The notes: generated by a model not told the origin, from the letters alone. A stretch of DNA of 64,000 nucleotides from Acaryochloridaceae cyanobacterium VAR_48_metabat_390 (GCA_031422435.1 JANPLU010000016.1:1-64000); one strand, 5' to 3'; numbered from the stretch's first letter, positions 9,058-18,432 are shown. A program made the numbers and translations.

Positions 9058-10683
9058 TTAAACCTTGCAGGCTGCGGCTTCTATCATACTTAACGCGATC
9101 GCCTCTGCCACCTTAATGCCATCCACGCCAGCGGAAAGAATGCCTCCTGCATATCCTGCGCCTTCTCCAGCGGGGTATAGCCCTTTCGTATTGAGGCTTT
9201 GGTAGTTAGCCCCGCGTTTAATGCAGATGGGCGATGAGGTGCGCGTTTCAACGCCTGTCAGCACCGCATCATGCATGGCAAACCCTTCAATCTGCTGGTC
9301 AAAGGCAGGAATGGCCTCACGAATGGCGGCGATCGCATAGTCTGGCAAGCTTAGGCTCAAATCGCACAAATGCACGCCCGGTTTGTAAGACGGCTTCACG
9401 GTGCCGAGCTGCGTCGAGGGGCGCTGAGCCAGAAAATCCCCTACGAGCTGCCCTGGTGCTTCGTAGGTGCCGCCGCCCAAGGCAAAGGCTCCCTCTTCTA
9501 AGCGACGCTGTAAGTCCATGCCAGCCAAGGGACTGCCTGGATAATCGTCTGGTGTGATGCCCACGACAATACCGCTATTGGCATTTTTGCCGCTGCGCTC
9601 GTACTGGCTCATGCCGTTAGTGACAACTCGCCCTAGTTCTGAGGTGGCCGCTACCACCTGTCCCCCAGGGCACATGCAAAAGCTGTACACTGCTCGCCCA
9701 TTGGAGCAGTGATGCACGAGGCTGTAGTCGGCGGCACCCAGCATGGGGTGGCCTGCTTGGGCACCCAAGCGGCACTGGTCAATGAGCGCCTGAGGATGCT
9801 CTACCCGAAAGCCGATGGAAAAGGGTTTGGCTTCGATGTAAACCCCTTGGCGATGGAGCATTTCAAAGGTGTCGCGGGCGCTGTGCCCCACGGCAAGCAC
9901 GACATGCTGACTGGGGATAAATTCGCCATTGGCGAGGGTAACACCACACACCTGTCCATTTTCAATTTCCAGGTTTTCGACCCGACTCTGAAAGCGAATT
10001 TCGCCGCCTAACGCCTCGATGCGATGGCGCAGATTCTCGACAATTTTGACGAGGCGATAGGTGCCAATGTGGGGCTTATTGATATACAAAATTTCAGGAG
10101 AAGCCCCAGCGTTAACCAGCTCAACCAACACTTTGCGCCCCTGACGGTTGGCATCTTTGATGCGGCTATAGAGCTTGCCATCGGAGAAGGTACCCGCGCC
10201 GCCTTCCCCAAACTGCGCGTTAGATTCTGGGTTAAATTTGCCCTTGCTCCAGAAGCCGAAGGTATCGACGGAGCGATCGCGCACGATCTTTCCTCGCTCC
10301 AAAATCAGCGGACGAAAACCCATTTGTGCCAAAAGCAGCCCCGCAAACATCCCGCAGGGGCCATTGCCAATCACGATGGGGCGAGAGTATGGCGACGCGG
10401 AGGGTAGCGGCGCTTGCGCAACGTAGCGATAGGAAGTATCCGGCGTTAGCACCACATGGGGGTCTTTCTTGAACCGCCCCAGGAGCTGTTTTTCTTGGGT
10501 TGTTTTAACGTCCAACACGTAGGCAAAGCAGACTGCGCCTTTCTTTCTGGCATCATAGCTGCGCTTAAAAATGGAATATTTTACTAAATCGGCTGAATTA
10601 ATTTGCAGCTTTTTAAGAATGGCGGCTCTAATTTCTGGCTCTGTGTGGTCTAGCGGAAGCTTAACTTCGGTAAGGCGGAGCAT
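9058..10683 (-). CDS. NAD(P)/FAD-dependent oxidoreductase (uncharacterised FAD-dependent dehydrogenase family)
   Basis: VIGNGPCG Rossmann motif, QFGEGGAGTFSDGKL, YSFCMCPGG, GVETRTSSP, AGEGAGYAGGI. Start at MLRLTEVK (10683). Confidence 0.9.
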   Translation of the reverse strand: MLRLTEVKLPLDHTEPEIRAAILKKLQINSADLVKYSIFKRSYDARKKGAVCFAYVLDVKTTQEKQLLGRFKKDPHVVLTPDTSYRYVAQAPLPSASPYSRPIVIGNGPCGMFAGLLLAQMGFRPLILERGKIVRDRSVDTFGFWSKGKFNPESNAQFGEGGAGTFSDGKLYSRIKDANRQGRKVLVELVNAGASPEILYINKPHIGTYRLVKIVENLRHRIEALGGEIRFQSRVENLEIENGQVCGVTLANGEFIPSQHVVLAVGHSARDTFEMLHRQGVYIEAKPFSIGFRVEHPQALIDQCRLGAQAGHPMLGAADYSLVHHCSNGRAVYSFCMCPGGQVVAATSELGRVVTNGMSQYERSGKNANSGIVVGITPDDYPGSPLAGMDLQRRLEEGAFALGGGTYEAPGQLVGDFLAQRPSTQLGTVKPSYKPGVHLCDLSLSLPDYAIAAIREAIPAFDQQIEGFAMHDAVLTGVETRTSSPICIKRGANYQSLNTKGLYPAGEGAGYAGGILSAGVDGIKVAEAIALSMIEAAACKV

Positions 10684-10827
10684 GGAATATACGCTGAAGG
10701 GGCTGGGAAAGCGCCGAGGATTCCCATTCTTATTTTGGCAGATGCCGCTGAGATTCACTGCACGCTTGATCGGTTTGCGTGTAAAAATGTGGGCTCTTCA
10801 CCCTTCACCTACACTCTTTCTAAAGTC

Positions 10828-11409
10828 TTAATTTTGAGGAGAAGTCTGCACCGTAGGGGAGGCTGATAACGCTTCATCCTGAATGGGTGCAGCATCCAGA
10901 AACTCTTCTAAATCAATGTAGGTAGAACTTGCGCCACGGGTAATAGGCCCTCGGGCGTTGATTCTAACGTCCATTAAATCGCGCAGTACCTGCTGTGGGT
11001 TATCTTTTGGCTCAAGCGTCAGCAGAAGCCCTTTACAAGATCCGCCATACTCTTCTGCGACACAAATAACGTTTTGATCGTTAACTTTACCCGTCGTTAG
11101 ATACGTAAGATTCCCTTTGCTATAAAAGTATTGAAACCGACGAGAGACCTCTATACAGCGGCTTTCAGGCGTAAAGTCACTCTGGCTATTGTTGAAAAAG
11201 TTAGACTTCCAGTAAATCATCAACACGTTCCCCCGCTGCGTTCGCGCAATCGTGGTGGGCATCACTCCCCCTGTTGCGGCATTGCGACTTTTGCCACAGA
11301 AGAAGCGAGCATTGGACTGGAGTTCTGCTTGAGCAGATGGGACAAACGGCATAGAAGCCATTAAGCCCAGCGCTGTAAGACCAATAGCAGAAAGAAAAGT
11401 GACTTTCAT
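10828..11409 (-). CDS. COP23 (circadian oscillating protein) domain secreted protein
   Basis: Signal peptide; RFFC..PTT..W.S.FF..TPESRC.EVS.RFQ..YLTTG.VN..NVIC..C..LLLTL pattern. Confidence 0.85.
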   Translation of the reverse strand: MKVTFLSAIGLTALGLMASMPFVPSAQAELQSNARFFCGKSRNAATGGVMPTTIARTQRGNVLMIYWKSNFFNNSQSDFTPESRCIEVSRRFQYFYSKGNLTYLTTGKVNDQNVICVAEEYGGSCKGLLLTLEPKDNPQQVLRDLMDVRINARGPITRGASSTYIDLEEFLDAAPIQDEALSASPTVQTSPQN

Positions 11410-11542
11410 GATTTTACTGAGAATGATCTAATGATTGAGGAGGGGAGTAACAGATACGAAGAAAGATTTAGCAATTAGGAATCTCTAGGAAGATAATATG
11501 CCATCGTCCCCTGCTCAATGAGTGATCTAAGTCGGATTTAGA

Positions 11543-11558
11543 TGTGACTTCGATCACT
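11543..11558. promoter_or_regulatory. CRP-family (SyCRP1-like) binding site upstream of the COP23 gene
   Basis: TGTGA-CTTCGA-TCACT, one mismatch to TGTGA-N6-TCACA, in intergenic DNA. Confidence 0.55.
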
Positions 11559-11695
11559 GTAGAAGTAAAAAGCTTGATTCATTACTTTAATCCACCTCCT
11601 GCTCAACAATTCGATGTAGGAGAACGTCGTCTAAGTTTCCGTAGATTTAATAACTCTTAGTCGTGGATCAACTAAAACAATTGGAGCATCGTATC

Positions 11696-12148
11696 CTAGC
11701 TGGCGCTGACCAGAATAGAACTGCCTTCGGTTTTGACGGCAAACTTTGCAAGGGGTTGGGTTGCTGGTCCTTTAGCAACGCTGCCGTCCGCCTTAAATTC
11801 GGTCGCATGACAGGGGCACAGAAAGCCCTTAGACTGGTCGCTCCAATCTACAACGCAGCCTTTATGGGTACAGGTTGCATTGAAAGCCAATAGTTTAGTT
11901 TTGTCACTGGGGTCGCGCACGATGAGCAAAGGTCCCGCTGCAAATTTTTTGTCCTGGATAAATCCATTTTTATCGAGGTCTTGCATCGTACCCACTGCGG
12001 TGAATCCGCTGACAGCAGAGGGATTTGGCTGGGCGGGCTGTTGTGCAGTGGGTTGGGTTGAGTCTGGGGTGCAGGCGGCGATCGCCACTGGCAGACTACT
12101 CGCCAAGGCACCTACGCCCACCCGCAGTAAAAACGCTCGACGATCCAT
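11696..12148 (-). CDS. Small Rieske [2Fe-2S] protein with Tat/lipoprotein signal (PetC3-like)
   Basis: DRRAFL twin-arginine motif, lipobox IAAC, CTHKGC and CPCH boxes. Confidence 0.88.
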   Translation of the reverse strand: MDRRAFLLRVGVGALASSLPVAIAACTPDSTQPTAQQPAQPNPSAVSGFTAVGTMQDLDKNGFIQDKKFAAGPLLIVRDPSDKTKLLAFNATCTHKGCVVDWSDQSKGFLCPCHATEFKADGSVAKGPATQPLAKFAVKTEGSSILVSAS

Positions 12149-12197
12149 AGGGGGTCTCCGTAAAAGGTCTCCAGAACTTTTCTGTCATTATGCAGCC

Positions 12198-13097
12198 TTA
12201 AGGCTGTTTTATGACCCGACGAATCCAGCGATCAATTGCGGCATTGACGGCTTCAGGACGCTCATCATGGGGACAGTGACCTGCATCCACCCACTCCAGT
12301 TCCGCGTCTGGATAACACGTCTGGAAACGCAATGCCTTCGCAGTGGTCATCCACGGGTCGGCTTCGCCCCAAAGCAGCAGCAGGGGACATTTCAGTGCAG
12401 CCAGCAGTTCATCTAGCTTTCGCCCTGGCGGCTGCTTGAAGACTGCTGCAAACACGTCTAGGGCACCCTCATCAAAAGCAGGGCGATAAATGTCTTCAAT
12501 GAGCTGATCGGTCACAGCGGTTGGGTCTTTGTAGACCTTAAGCAAAATCTCACGAATGCGATCGCGGTTCCTCGTGCGGTTAAACAGCACAAAGCTCGCC
12601 ACTTCAATGACGCCAGGCAGCTTAAAGAGATTCCGCGTTAGGTCGCCCATCATCTGCCGCCAAACGGGGGGCTGCACCGCGCTATCTTCAGAGAAAGGCC
12701 CTGCACAGTTGAGTAAAATCAGCCCCTGTGTCCACTCAAGGCAATCTACTGCAAAACAAAGCGCCGAATAGCCCCCCAAGGAATTTCCGGCAATAAAGAC
12801 CGGAGCCTGCACGACCTGGGCACAGAACTCTCGAAGCTGGTCGCGCCAAAGGTCTGCACTGTAGGTGATTTTGGGCTTCTGCGATCGCCCAAACCCTAGC
12901 AAGTCTACTGCCCAAACGCGATAGTGAGCAGACAGCACCTCAATATTTTTGCGCCAGTGGTCGGTCGAAGCCCCAAAGCCATGAATTAAGACAAGATTGG
13001 GTCCCTTTGACCCAGCCTGCACGTAGTGAATTCGCCAATTGTTCCAATCCCAATAAGACGATTCGCTAGTCTGAGATGCAATGGCATCAAGCTGCAT
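12198..13097 (-). CDS. Alpha/beta-fold hydrolase
   Basis: HGFGAS, DLLGFG.S.KP, GNSLGG, WGEADPW, GHCPHDE. Confidence 0.93.
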   Translation of the reverse strand: MQLDAIASQTSESSYWDWNNWRIHYVQAGSKGPNLVLIHGFGASTDHWRKNIEVLSAHYRVWAVDLLGFGRSQKPKITYSADLWRDQLREFCAQVVQAPVFIAGNSLGGYSALCFAVDCLEWTQGLILLNCAGPFSEDSAVQPPVWRQMMGDLTRNLFKLPGVIEVASFVLFNRTRNRDRIREILLKVYKDPTAVTDQLIEDIYRPAFDEGALDVFAAVFKQPPGRKLDELLAALKCPLLLLWGEADPWMTTAKALRFQTCYPDAELEWVDAGHCPHDERPEAVNAAIDRWIRRVIKQP

Positions 13098-13353
13098 GAT
13101 GTCCCCTCGTTTAATATCCTGAAGCGTTAGAAAAAGGCTCTGAGGAGGGAATTCTAGAAAAATCCATCTATAGAGAGTCTTCTTTAGGATAAATGAGGTG
13201 ACAAAATTAAGCGAAGTACCTAAGCTTAAGAAAATTTGATGAGTTTTTGTACTGACCCACGAACTTCAGTAAGATGAAGTTAAGTGTTGTTTAAGTGAAG
13301 CATTGACTTTGCCTAAGCCTACACAAAACGTCCGCATTAGAGGAGGTGCAGAC

Positions 13354-13650
13354 ATGCTATCCCCAATCGACATCATCGGCCAACAAGTTTGGATAGAGAT
13401 TCCTAAAGATCCTGACTATCCTCATTCAGATTCGTATCGGATTAAGGCAACCCTCACCCAGCCCACGTCGCCCCCTTGGTTTTATGCTCGGTTTGATTCA
13501 CCCCCTGCTGCCGTTAGAGAGGCAGGTCAGTGGCTGAGTCTTAAAGAGGCTCAAGACGCCTACTTATATAGCCCTGTGCTTGAAGACTATGACCTAGATG
13601 AAGAATGGAACGAGTGGGCAGACGAAGAAGATGAGCTAAATCTTAAGTAA
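13354..13650 (+). CDS. Hypothetical protein with acidic C-terminus
   Basis: AGGAGG RBS at 13341 before ATG at 13354; ORF fills an otherwise empty gap. Confidence 0.6.
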   Translation: MLSPIDIIGQQVWIEIPKDPDYPHSDSYRIKATLTQPTSPPWFYARFDSPPAAVREAGQWLSLKEAQDAYLYSPVLEDYDLDEEWNEWADEEDELNLK

Positions 13651-13662
13651 AGCTTGTTACTG

Positions 13663-13914
13663 TTAACCAAGCTTTGCCCGCTGTGGCAATCGCTTGTTAA
13701 TTTGGCTAATTAAGCCACTCAGTAAAGCGCCGCCCATCAAAATACCCAGCGCTGGTGTAAACACTGGCACCCACAGTCTGTACCACAGATTTAGACCCAG
13801 CGAGAGTCCGGCACCTCGGCCTAAAACGGCGATCGCCAGCCAAGCAAAACTGCCCAATACTACAAACGTATTGACCACCAGCAGGGTATTTAGAGCATTC
13901 AAAAGCTTCTGCAT
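13663..13914 (-). CDS. Small two-TM membrane protein, hypothetical
   Basis: 83 aa with two hydrophobic helices; last gene of the iscA operon-like run. Confidence 0.75.
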   Translation of the reverse strand: MQKLLNALNTLLVVNTFVVLGSFAWLAIAVLGRGAGLSLGLNLWYRLWVPVFTPALGILMGGALLSGLISQINKRLPQRAKLG

Positions 13915-13934
13915 GATTTACACCAGTGGGTTTA

Positions 13935-14354
13935 TTATTCTAAAACCCAAGCTTTAACCTTAATCAGGCTAGCCCATTCCGGGTTGCGTTTGAGTCCATC
14001 AGCAAAGCTCTTTTCTACTTCTTCGCGCAGCTCGGGCACCATCAAAAGCTGCTGGATAATCTCAATGTGAGGCCGAACCCCTTTTTGGTTGGTATCTAGC
14101 ATTGCCATCACAAGATTGATCCGCGCCTGAGGATCTTGCTGGTTTAGCTTAATTGCTTTTTGAGCTGCTTTGAGCGCTAAAGCAGGCTTGCCTTCTAGTA
14201 AATAAAGCCAAGCCAAACAGGTTAGTGCGGGGCTATTACGCTGGGCGCGATCGCAAACTTCCTTGAAAACTGGAATCAGTGTCTGAGGTGCCTCGCCAGC
14301 GCTGTAGCGCTCAAGCCCCTGATCGAACAGTTCTTCAACCGTGGTCGTAGTCAT
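13935..14354 (-). CDS. TPR-like protein
   Basis: CLAWLYLL..KP..ALKAAQKAIKLN.QDPQARINL helical-repeat pattern; 15 bp downstream of iscA. Confidence 0.8.
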   Translation of the reverse strand: MTTTTVEELFDQGLERYSAGEAPQTLIPVFKEVCDRAQRNSPALTCLAWLYLLEGKPALALKAAQKAIKLNQQDPQARINLVMAMLDTNQKGVRPHIEIIQQLLMVPELREEVEKSFADGLKRNPEWASLIKVKAWVLE

Positions 14355-14369
14355 GTTGCTGCTGCTTAG

Positions 14370-14726
14370 TTATGTAGAGAACGAAGTGCCGCAGCCGCAG
14401 GTCTGAGCAGCATTTGGGTTTGTAAACTTAAACCCGCCACCAATCAGCGCCTCGCTGTAATCGAGCATCAACCCATAAATATACAGCAAGCTCTTTGGAT
14501 CTGAAATAACTTTGAAGCCTTCGTAATCAAATACCTCATCACTCGGCTGAATGTTTTTAGGCTCCTCAAAGTCCATCGTGTAAGACATTCCAGAACAGCC
14601 GCCGCCTCTAACCCCAACCCTTAGGCACAGGTCTTTACCAGCTTTTTCCCGTAGTTCTAAAACATGTTTAAGAGCGGAGTCGGACATTAAAATGCCCTTT
14701 TGCTTCGTCTGGGTGGCTTCGGTCAT
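14370..14726 (-). CDS. iscA: A-type Fe-S cluster carrier (HesB/IscA/SufA family)
   Basis: GGGCSGMSY and NPNA..TCGCGTSF motifs. Confidence 0.93.
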   Translation of the reverse strand: MTEATQTKQKGILMSDSALKHVLELREKAGKDLCLRVGVRGGGCSGMSYTMDFEEPKNIQPSDEVFDYEGFKVISDPKSLLYIYGLMLDYSEALIGGGFKFTNPNAAQTCGCGTSFST

Positions 14727-14898
14727 AGCGAGTTTTAACTCCCTGAGCGTGCGATATCAATGTATATCCATTGTAGGTCGGACGTCTCACCATTGACAGT
14801 CATTCACCCTTCTACAGTCTTTATGGCTGTCAAAGACCCACAAATCTAAACACCTCCCTAGCGGAGTGACTTATCTCTACGCCACAACCTCATCAACT

Positions 14899-15036
14899 TT
14901 ATTTGTCGTGAGGAGGATCTCCACTGTAGGGCACTACTCCGGTGGCTGGATAATGCTCCTCATTGGGCGCAAAGTTTTTCGTAACGCCTTCAAGGATGAA
15001 TCGCAAACTGTCAAGCAAGGATTTTAGAAGTTTCAT
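14899..15036 (-). CDS. Small cyanobacterial hypothetical protein (45 aa)
   Basis: MKLLKSLLDSLRFILEGVTKNFAPNEEHYPATGVVPYSGDP; AAGGA RBS upstream; resembles a small cyanobacterial family with an F.P....YP..GV.P..GD motif. Confidence 0.6.
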   Translation of the reverse strand: MKLLKSLLDSLRFILEGVTKNFAPNEEHYPATGVVPYSGDPPHDK

Positions 15037-15365
15037 ACTCAGTTCCTTTTTATGGCTTAAGCGCAACGGGTGCCGCTGCACTCCTTTATTTTATTCAATG
15101 AATTAGCTCAACTAATGCAAGGCTCTGTAAAATTAATTTTCTTTGATGTAACGTAACCCAACGTCACTCTGGCAGGAGCATCCACTGACACACCAGAATA
15201 AGTGATGAATAGCAGAAGCATCGGTAAAGAGATGAGTCGTGTCGGCTAGAATCTGTGGTGACTTTAGTTTCTCAATAGCTTTGATAAGCTCAGGAGATAA
15301 AAGCCACCGCAGATGCTAAAAAGGAAGGCAACTGAATGTGCCGACTTGAATGGGTAGAGTGCATA

Positions 15366-15629
15366 TCAATAGCGATCAATGCGAGCAATATAGCCGTTGT
15401 GTCGTAGCCGACGGGCGGCAAACTCTGCTTCAAAGCGTGTGCCGTAATCACCCTTAAATTGCCAGTGTTTTTGATACTGGGTCTTGTAGTAGACAGCGTA
15501 TTTTGAACTCTGGCGATCAGAGAAACGATAGCCGCCCACGTTGATTTCAACGGCATTTGCATTGAGAGGTGCCGCGATGACGATACCAAGGGCACTTAGA
15601 GTCATTAGGGAAAGAATAAGCTTTTTCAT
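15366..15629 (-). CDS. Small secreted hypothetical protein
   Basis: Signal peptide ending ANA, then an aromatic/basic domain (YAVYY..W...GDY..RFEAEFAARRLR.NGY.ARI). Confidence 0.75.
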   Translation of the reverse strand: MKKLILSLMTLSALGIVIAAPLNANAVEINVGGYRFSDRQSSKYAVYYKTQYQKHWQFKGDYGTRFEAEFAARRLRHNGYIARIDRY

Positions 15630-15713
15630 GGGAGAGCCTCATGGGTGAAGGTTGATGTTGCTTAATTTGCCATGCTCTCAAGGCTGTGTATGTGACTTAG
15701 CTCTATTGGTCAG

Positions 15714-15729
15714 TGTGATTTAAATCGCA
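15714..15729. promoter_or_regulatory. CRP-family binding site in divergent promoter region
   Basis: TGTGA-TTTAAA-TCGCA (one mismatch); a second weaker site GCGGA-TCTAGA-TCACA at 15840-15855. Confidence 0.5.
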
Positions 15730-15926
15730 GGTGACGCAAAGCCTTAACTTAGATATGAAGAGTATGAGCCAGACACGGCAACGTGTTACAAACGCATTAG
15801 GCTCTCAATTCATCACAATTATGAAGATCACACTCACCTGCGGATCTAGATCACAGGCATTTCAAAGGTTTCATCCTATTCATAGATATGAACCACTCAA
15901 TACCCCATCACCTAAGGATTAACGCT

Positions 15927-16559
15927 ATGAAACTGCAAAATCGTGCATTGCTGATTGGGGGCGTCATTGCAGCCTTTGCCTGTGGGGGTGGTTTATATGC
16001 AAGTCCGTATTTCACCCTATATCAGATGTATCAAGCGGTAGAACGCAAAGATGTAGAGGCGATTTCATCTCACGTCGATTTTCCTGCCCTACGCGAAAGC
16101 GTGAAGACCAATTTACAGACTGTTGTAGAGAAAGAGACGTCTCAACAGAGCAATCCACTAATGGGGCTATTGGGTTCGGTGATGGGTGGATTCGTGCTAG
16201 ATCCAGTGGTAGATCAGCTTGTGACCCCTTCGGGTGTGGCAGCACTCCTAGAAGGTCAACAGCTTCAGATTGGTAAACAAGAAGGCCAAGCTCAATTTAC
16301 GCAAGGAAGCAGCAGCACTCCAGATGTGAAGGCAGAGTACGAATCTTTCAATCAGTTTGCGGTCAGCGTAAAGCCCAAAGCGCAAGACATAGAGCCAGTA
16401 ACGCTACTGCTGTCTAGAGATGGATTAGGTTGGAAAATATCTGGCGTAAGACTCCCTAGTTCCCTGGCGTTTGCCAAAGACATGATGCCTCAGAATGCCA
16501 TGCCTCAAATCAAGGGAATTGAAGGTGAAATTTCTAAGTTTCTAAAGGGGGGAATTTAG
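15927..16559 (+). CDS. DUF2939-domain protein
   Basis: N-terminal anchor, ASPY.TL, VDFPALRES.K..L, VD.LVTP.G, L.R.GLGWK..GV.LP. Confidence 0.85.
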   Translation: MKLQNRALLIGGVIAAFACGGGLYASPYFTLYQMYQAVERKDVEAISSHVDFPALRESVKTNLQTVVEKETSQQSNPLMGLLGSVMGGFVLDPVVDQLVTPSGVAALLEGQQLQIGKQEGQAQFTQGSSSTPDVKAEYESFNQFAVSVKPKAQDIEPVTLLLSRDGLGWKISGVRLPSSLAFAKDMMPQNAMPQIKGIEGEISKFLKGGI

Positions 16560-17795
16560 GTTAGGTGTTTGTGCTAGGTCATGACCACAATGCTTACAGA
16601 AGCTTGTGAACTTATAGGTTTTTTGGTGACAGTTTGAGCAGTCAACAAACTGACTAAAGCCACAGGATGGGCAAAACTCATCGCCAGCACCCAACTTAAA
16701 GTTGCAGTTAATGCAGCGAACATTCTGAATCCTGTTTCTGGCCTGAACTTTTGGATTAAATACAAACCTTTGCAAAAACTTGATTAATCCAAAGCCAGCC
16801 AAAGGGATAATCAGAATGAGTAAATAGCTTGTAATAAAGAGTAAACCACCTAAAAGTGTTGTCAGCCCTTCGACAACAACACCCAAAAGATTTCCAAATT
16901 GAACAAACTCAAAAAACTTGATCAGTAAAGGAATGCAAAAGATTACTAGCAAATGCCAGCTAATCAAAGCAATGACGCCCTTATTCTTTTTGGTTGCGGC
17001 AGTATTGACAAAGTAGGCACAAGCAATGAGCGGCAGTAGAAATGCAGTTTGTAAGAGCAACTGCTTATTTGGGTACCAAAACTGAGCTGAACGATAGGCT
17101 TTTTGTATTTCTTGATAGCCTGAAGCATCGTTAAGTTGCTTCAGGTATTCTTGAGAAGAAGGCTGTTGAACTAATTTAGTCTGTTTTTCAAAAATCAGCT
17201 TCTTCTGGACAGCAATTTTAGCGTTGTTTGCATCAATTTTAGGTTTGACCTGGTCAGCAGATGCTTGGTTGATAGATTTTTGAGAAGACTGACCCGCAAT
17301 TTTTTCCAACAGTGTTGAGTCATATTGCCTACGCAAGGTTTCAGTCTCTTGGTTTAGTCTAGAGATTAGGATTCTGTCTTGATTAATGCTGGCTTTTAGC
17401 TTTATATTTTCTGCGGTATTAATTTTTTTAGATAATCGGTCGATATCTTCGCATAAATCTGAAACTTTACCTAATCTACTTCTTTCCTTGTCAGCCACCC
17501 ATGAGGGGGATTGATAATTGACATCAATAATAGATTCAATCGTTGCTGTATTAAAATCAAAGGTTCCCTTTTGTTTAGCAATTTGATAACGCTCATAGGC
17601 CGAGAAGCACGGAAATTCTTCTTGAGGAGATAACGGCAACAGCGCTATATTATTTAGGCCGTTAAAAACATTAAATAACACAAAAATATCGACTAAAATT
17701 AGAATAACAATGCTGGATTTATTAATCGACTCATGCTGAACATGAGTCGATCTTCTGATTAATTGCCGAAATAGTCTTTTAACAAAAGAAAACAT
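16542..17795 (-). CDS. Multi-TM membrane protein with extracytoplasmic coiled coil and C-terminal double zinc ribbon
   Basis: One N-terminal TM, several C-terminal TMs, four CxxC pairs (CINC, CPSC, CSNC, CKHC); AT-rich. Confidence 0.8.
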   Translation of the reverse strand: MFSFVKRLFRQLIRRSTHVQHESINKSSIVILILVDIFVLFNVFNGLNNIALLPLSPQEEFPCFSAYERYQIAKQKGTFDFNTATIESIIDVNYQSPSWVADKERSRLGKVSDLCEDIDRLSKKINTAENIKLKASINQDRILISRLNQETETLRRQYDSTLLEKIAGQSSQKSINQASADQVKPKIDANNAKIAVQKKLIFEKQTKLVQQPSSQEYLKQLNDASGYQEIQKAYRSAQFWYPNKQLLLQTAFLLPLIACAYFVNTAATKKNKGVIALISWHLLVIFCIPLLIKFFEFVQFGNLLGVVVEGLTTLLGGLLFITSYLLILIIPLAGFGLIKFLQRFVFNPKVQARNRIQNVRCINCNFKLGAGDEFCPSCGFSQFVDCSNCHQKTYKFTSFCKHCGHDLAQTPNLNSPL

Positions 17796-17903
17796 ATTTT
17801 TGCCACTATAGGAGACTTCAAATAGATTTTGATAATGGACTTTCTAAGCTTGGGAGAGTCTGTTGTAGCTTAACAAGGAATTGTTACCAAAGCGTTATAC
17901 ATA

Positions 17904-17935
17904 TGTAGCTTATAATACAGAAACTTTTATATAAT
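17904..17935 (+). promoter_or_regulatory. NtcA box overlapping the -35 region of a TATAAT promoter
   Basis: TGTA-GCTTATAA-TACA at 17904-17919 (perfect GTA-N8-TAC); TATAAT at 17930-17935. Confidence 0.7.
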
Positions 17936-17983
17936 TATGGGTCAGGGCAACTAAAGCCTGATGATGAATTCTGGTTAAAGACG

Positions 17984-18367
17984 ATGGCTCAAGTACTTCA
18001 GTTTAATTCGCTTCAAACTTCTGCCATCCATCAGAACAATATGATGGATTCTTTGGCTTACCGCTTGAAAATTGCTCGAGCCGCTAAAAACACGCAGCTC
18101 ATTGAGCTATTAGAACAGGAAAAGCGACAGATCGCTGCTCATAATACAGGTCGCAAGGCTCTTAACGCTCTAGAAGCTGGGTTAAAGGCTGCTAAGGAAA
18201 GGCTTAGTAAGTTTTTCTTTGGTGGTTCTACGCTTCAGGTGAGCGAATTCAATTCGGGTAGCGACCATTGGTGGTACGCTTTTGACCCGCGCACGGGTGC
18301 CTGCGTCTACGCAGACTCTGAGGTGGAGCTGCGCCTGTGGATTAAGACGAATTACCGAGGCGTATAA
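17984..18367 (+). CDS. Hypothetical protein: PirA/DUF4278-like N-terminal helical motif fused to a Trp-rich cyanobacterial domain
   Basis: IHQNNMMDSLAYRLKIARAAKNTQLIELLEQEK followed by WWYAFDPRTG...SEVELRLWI..NY. Confidence 0.65.
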   Translation: MAQVLQFNSLQTSAIHQNNMMDSLAYRLKIARAAKNTQLIELLEQEKRQIAAHNTGRKALNALEAGLKAAKERLSKFFFGGSTLQVSEFNSGSDHWWYAFDPRTGACVYADSEVELRLWIKTNYRGV

Positions 18368-18370
18368 AAT

Positions 18371-18413
18371 ACAGGGATTGTGCCCGCGTTAAAGGCATAA
18401 GCATAATCCCTGT
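18371..18413. terminator. Hairpin between convergent genes, likely terminator
   Basis: ACAGGGATTGTGC / GCATAATCCCTGT inverted repeat. Confidence 0.65.
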
Positions 18414-18432
18414 CAGTATTTCCGCAAGCTAC

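Noticed and set aside
17936..17983. Possible glutamine riboswitch in the leader of the PirA-like gene
   Set aside because: Only a short TCAGG..CCTGA hairpin; the conserved CGTT..GGAAG..GAAG.AACG elements were not found.
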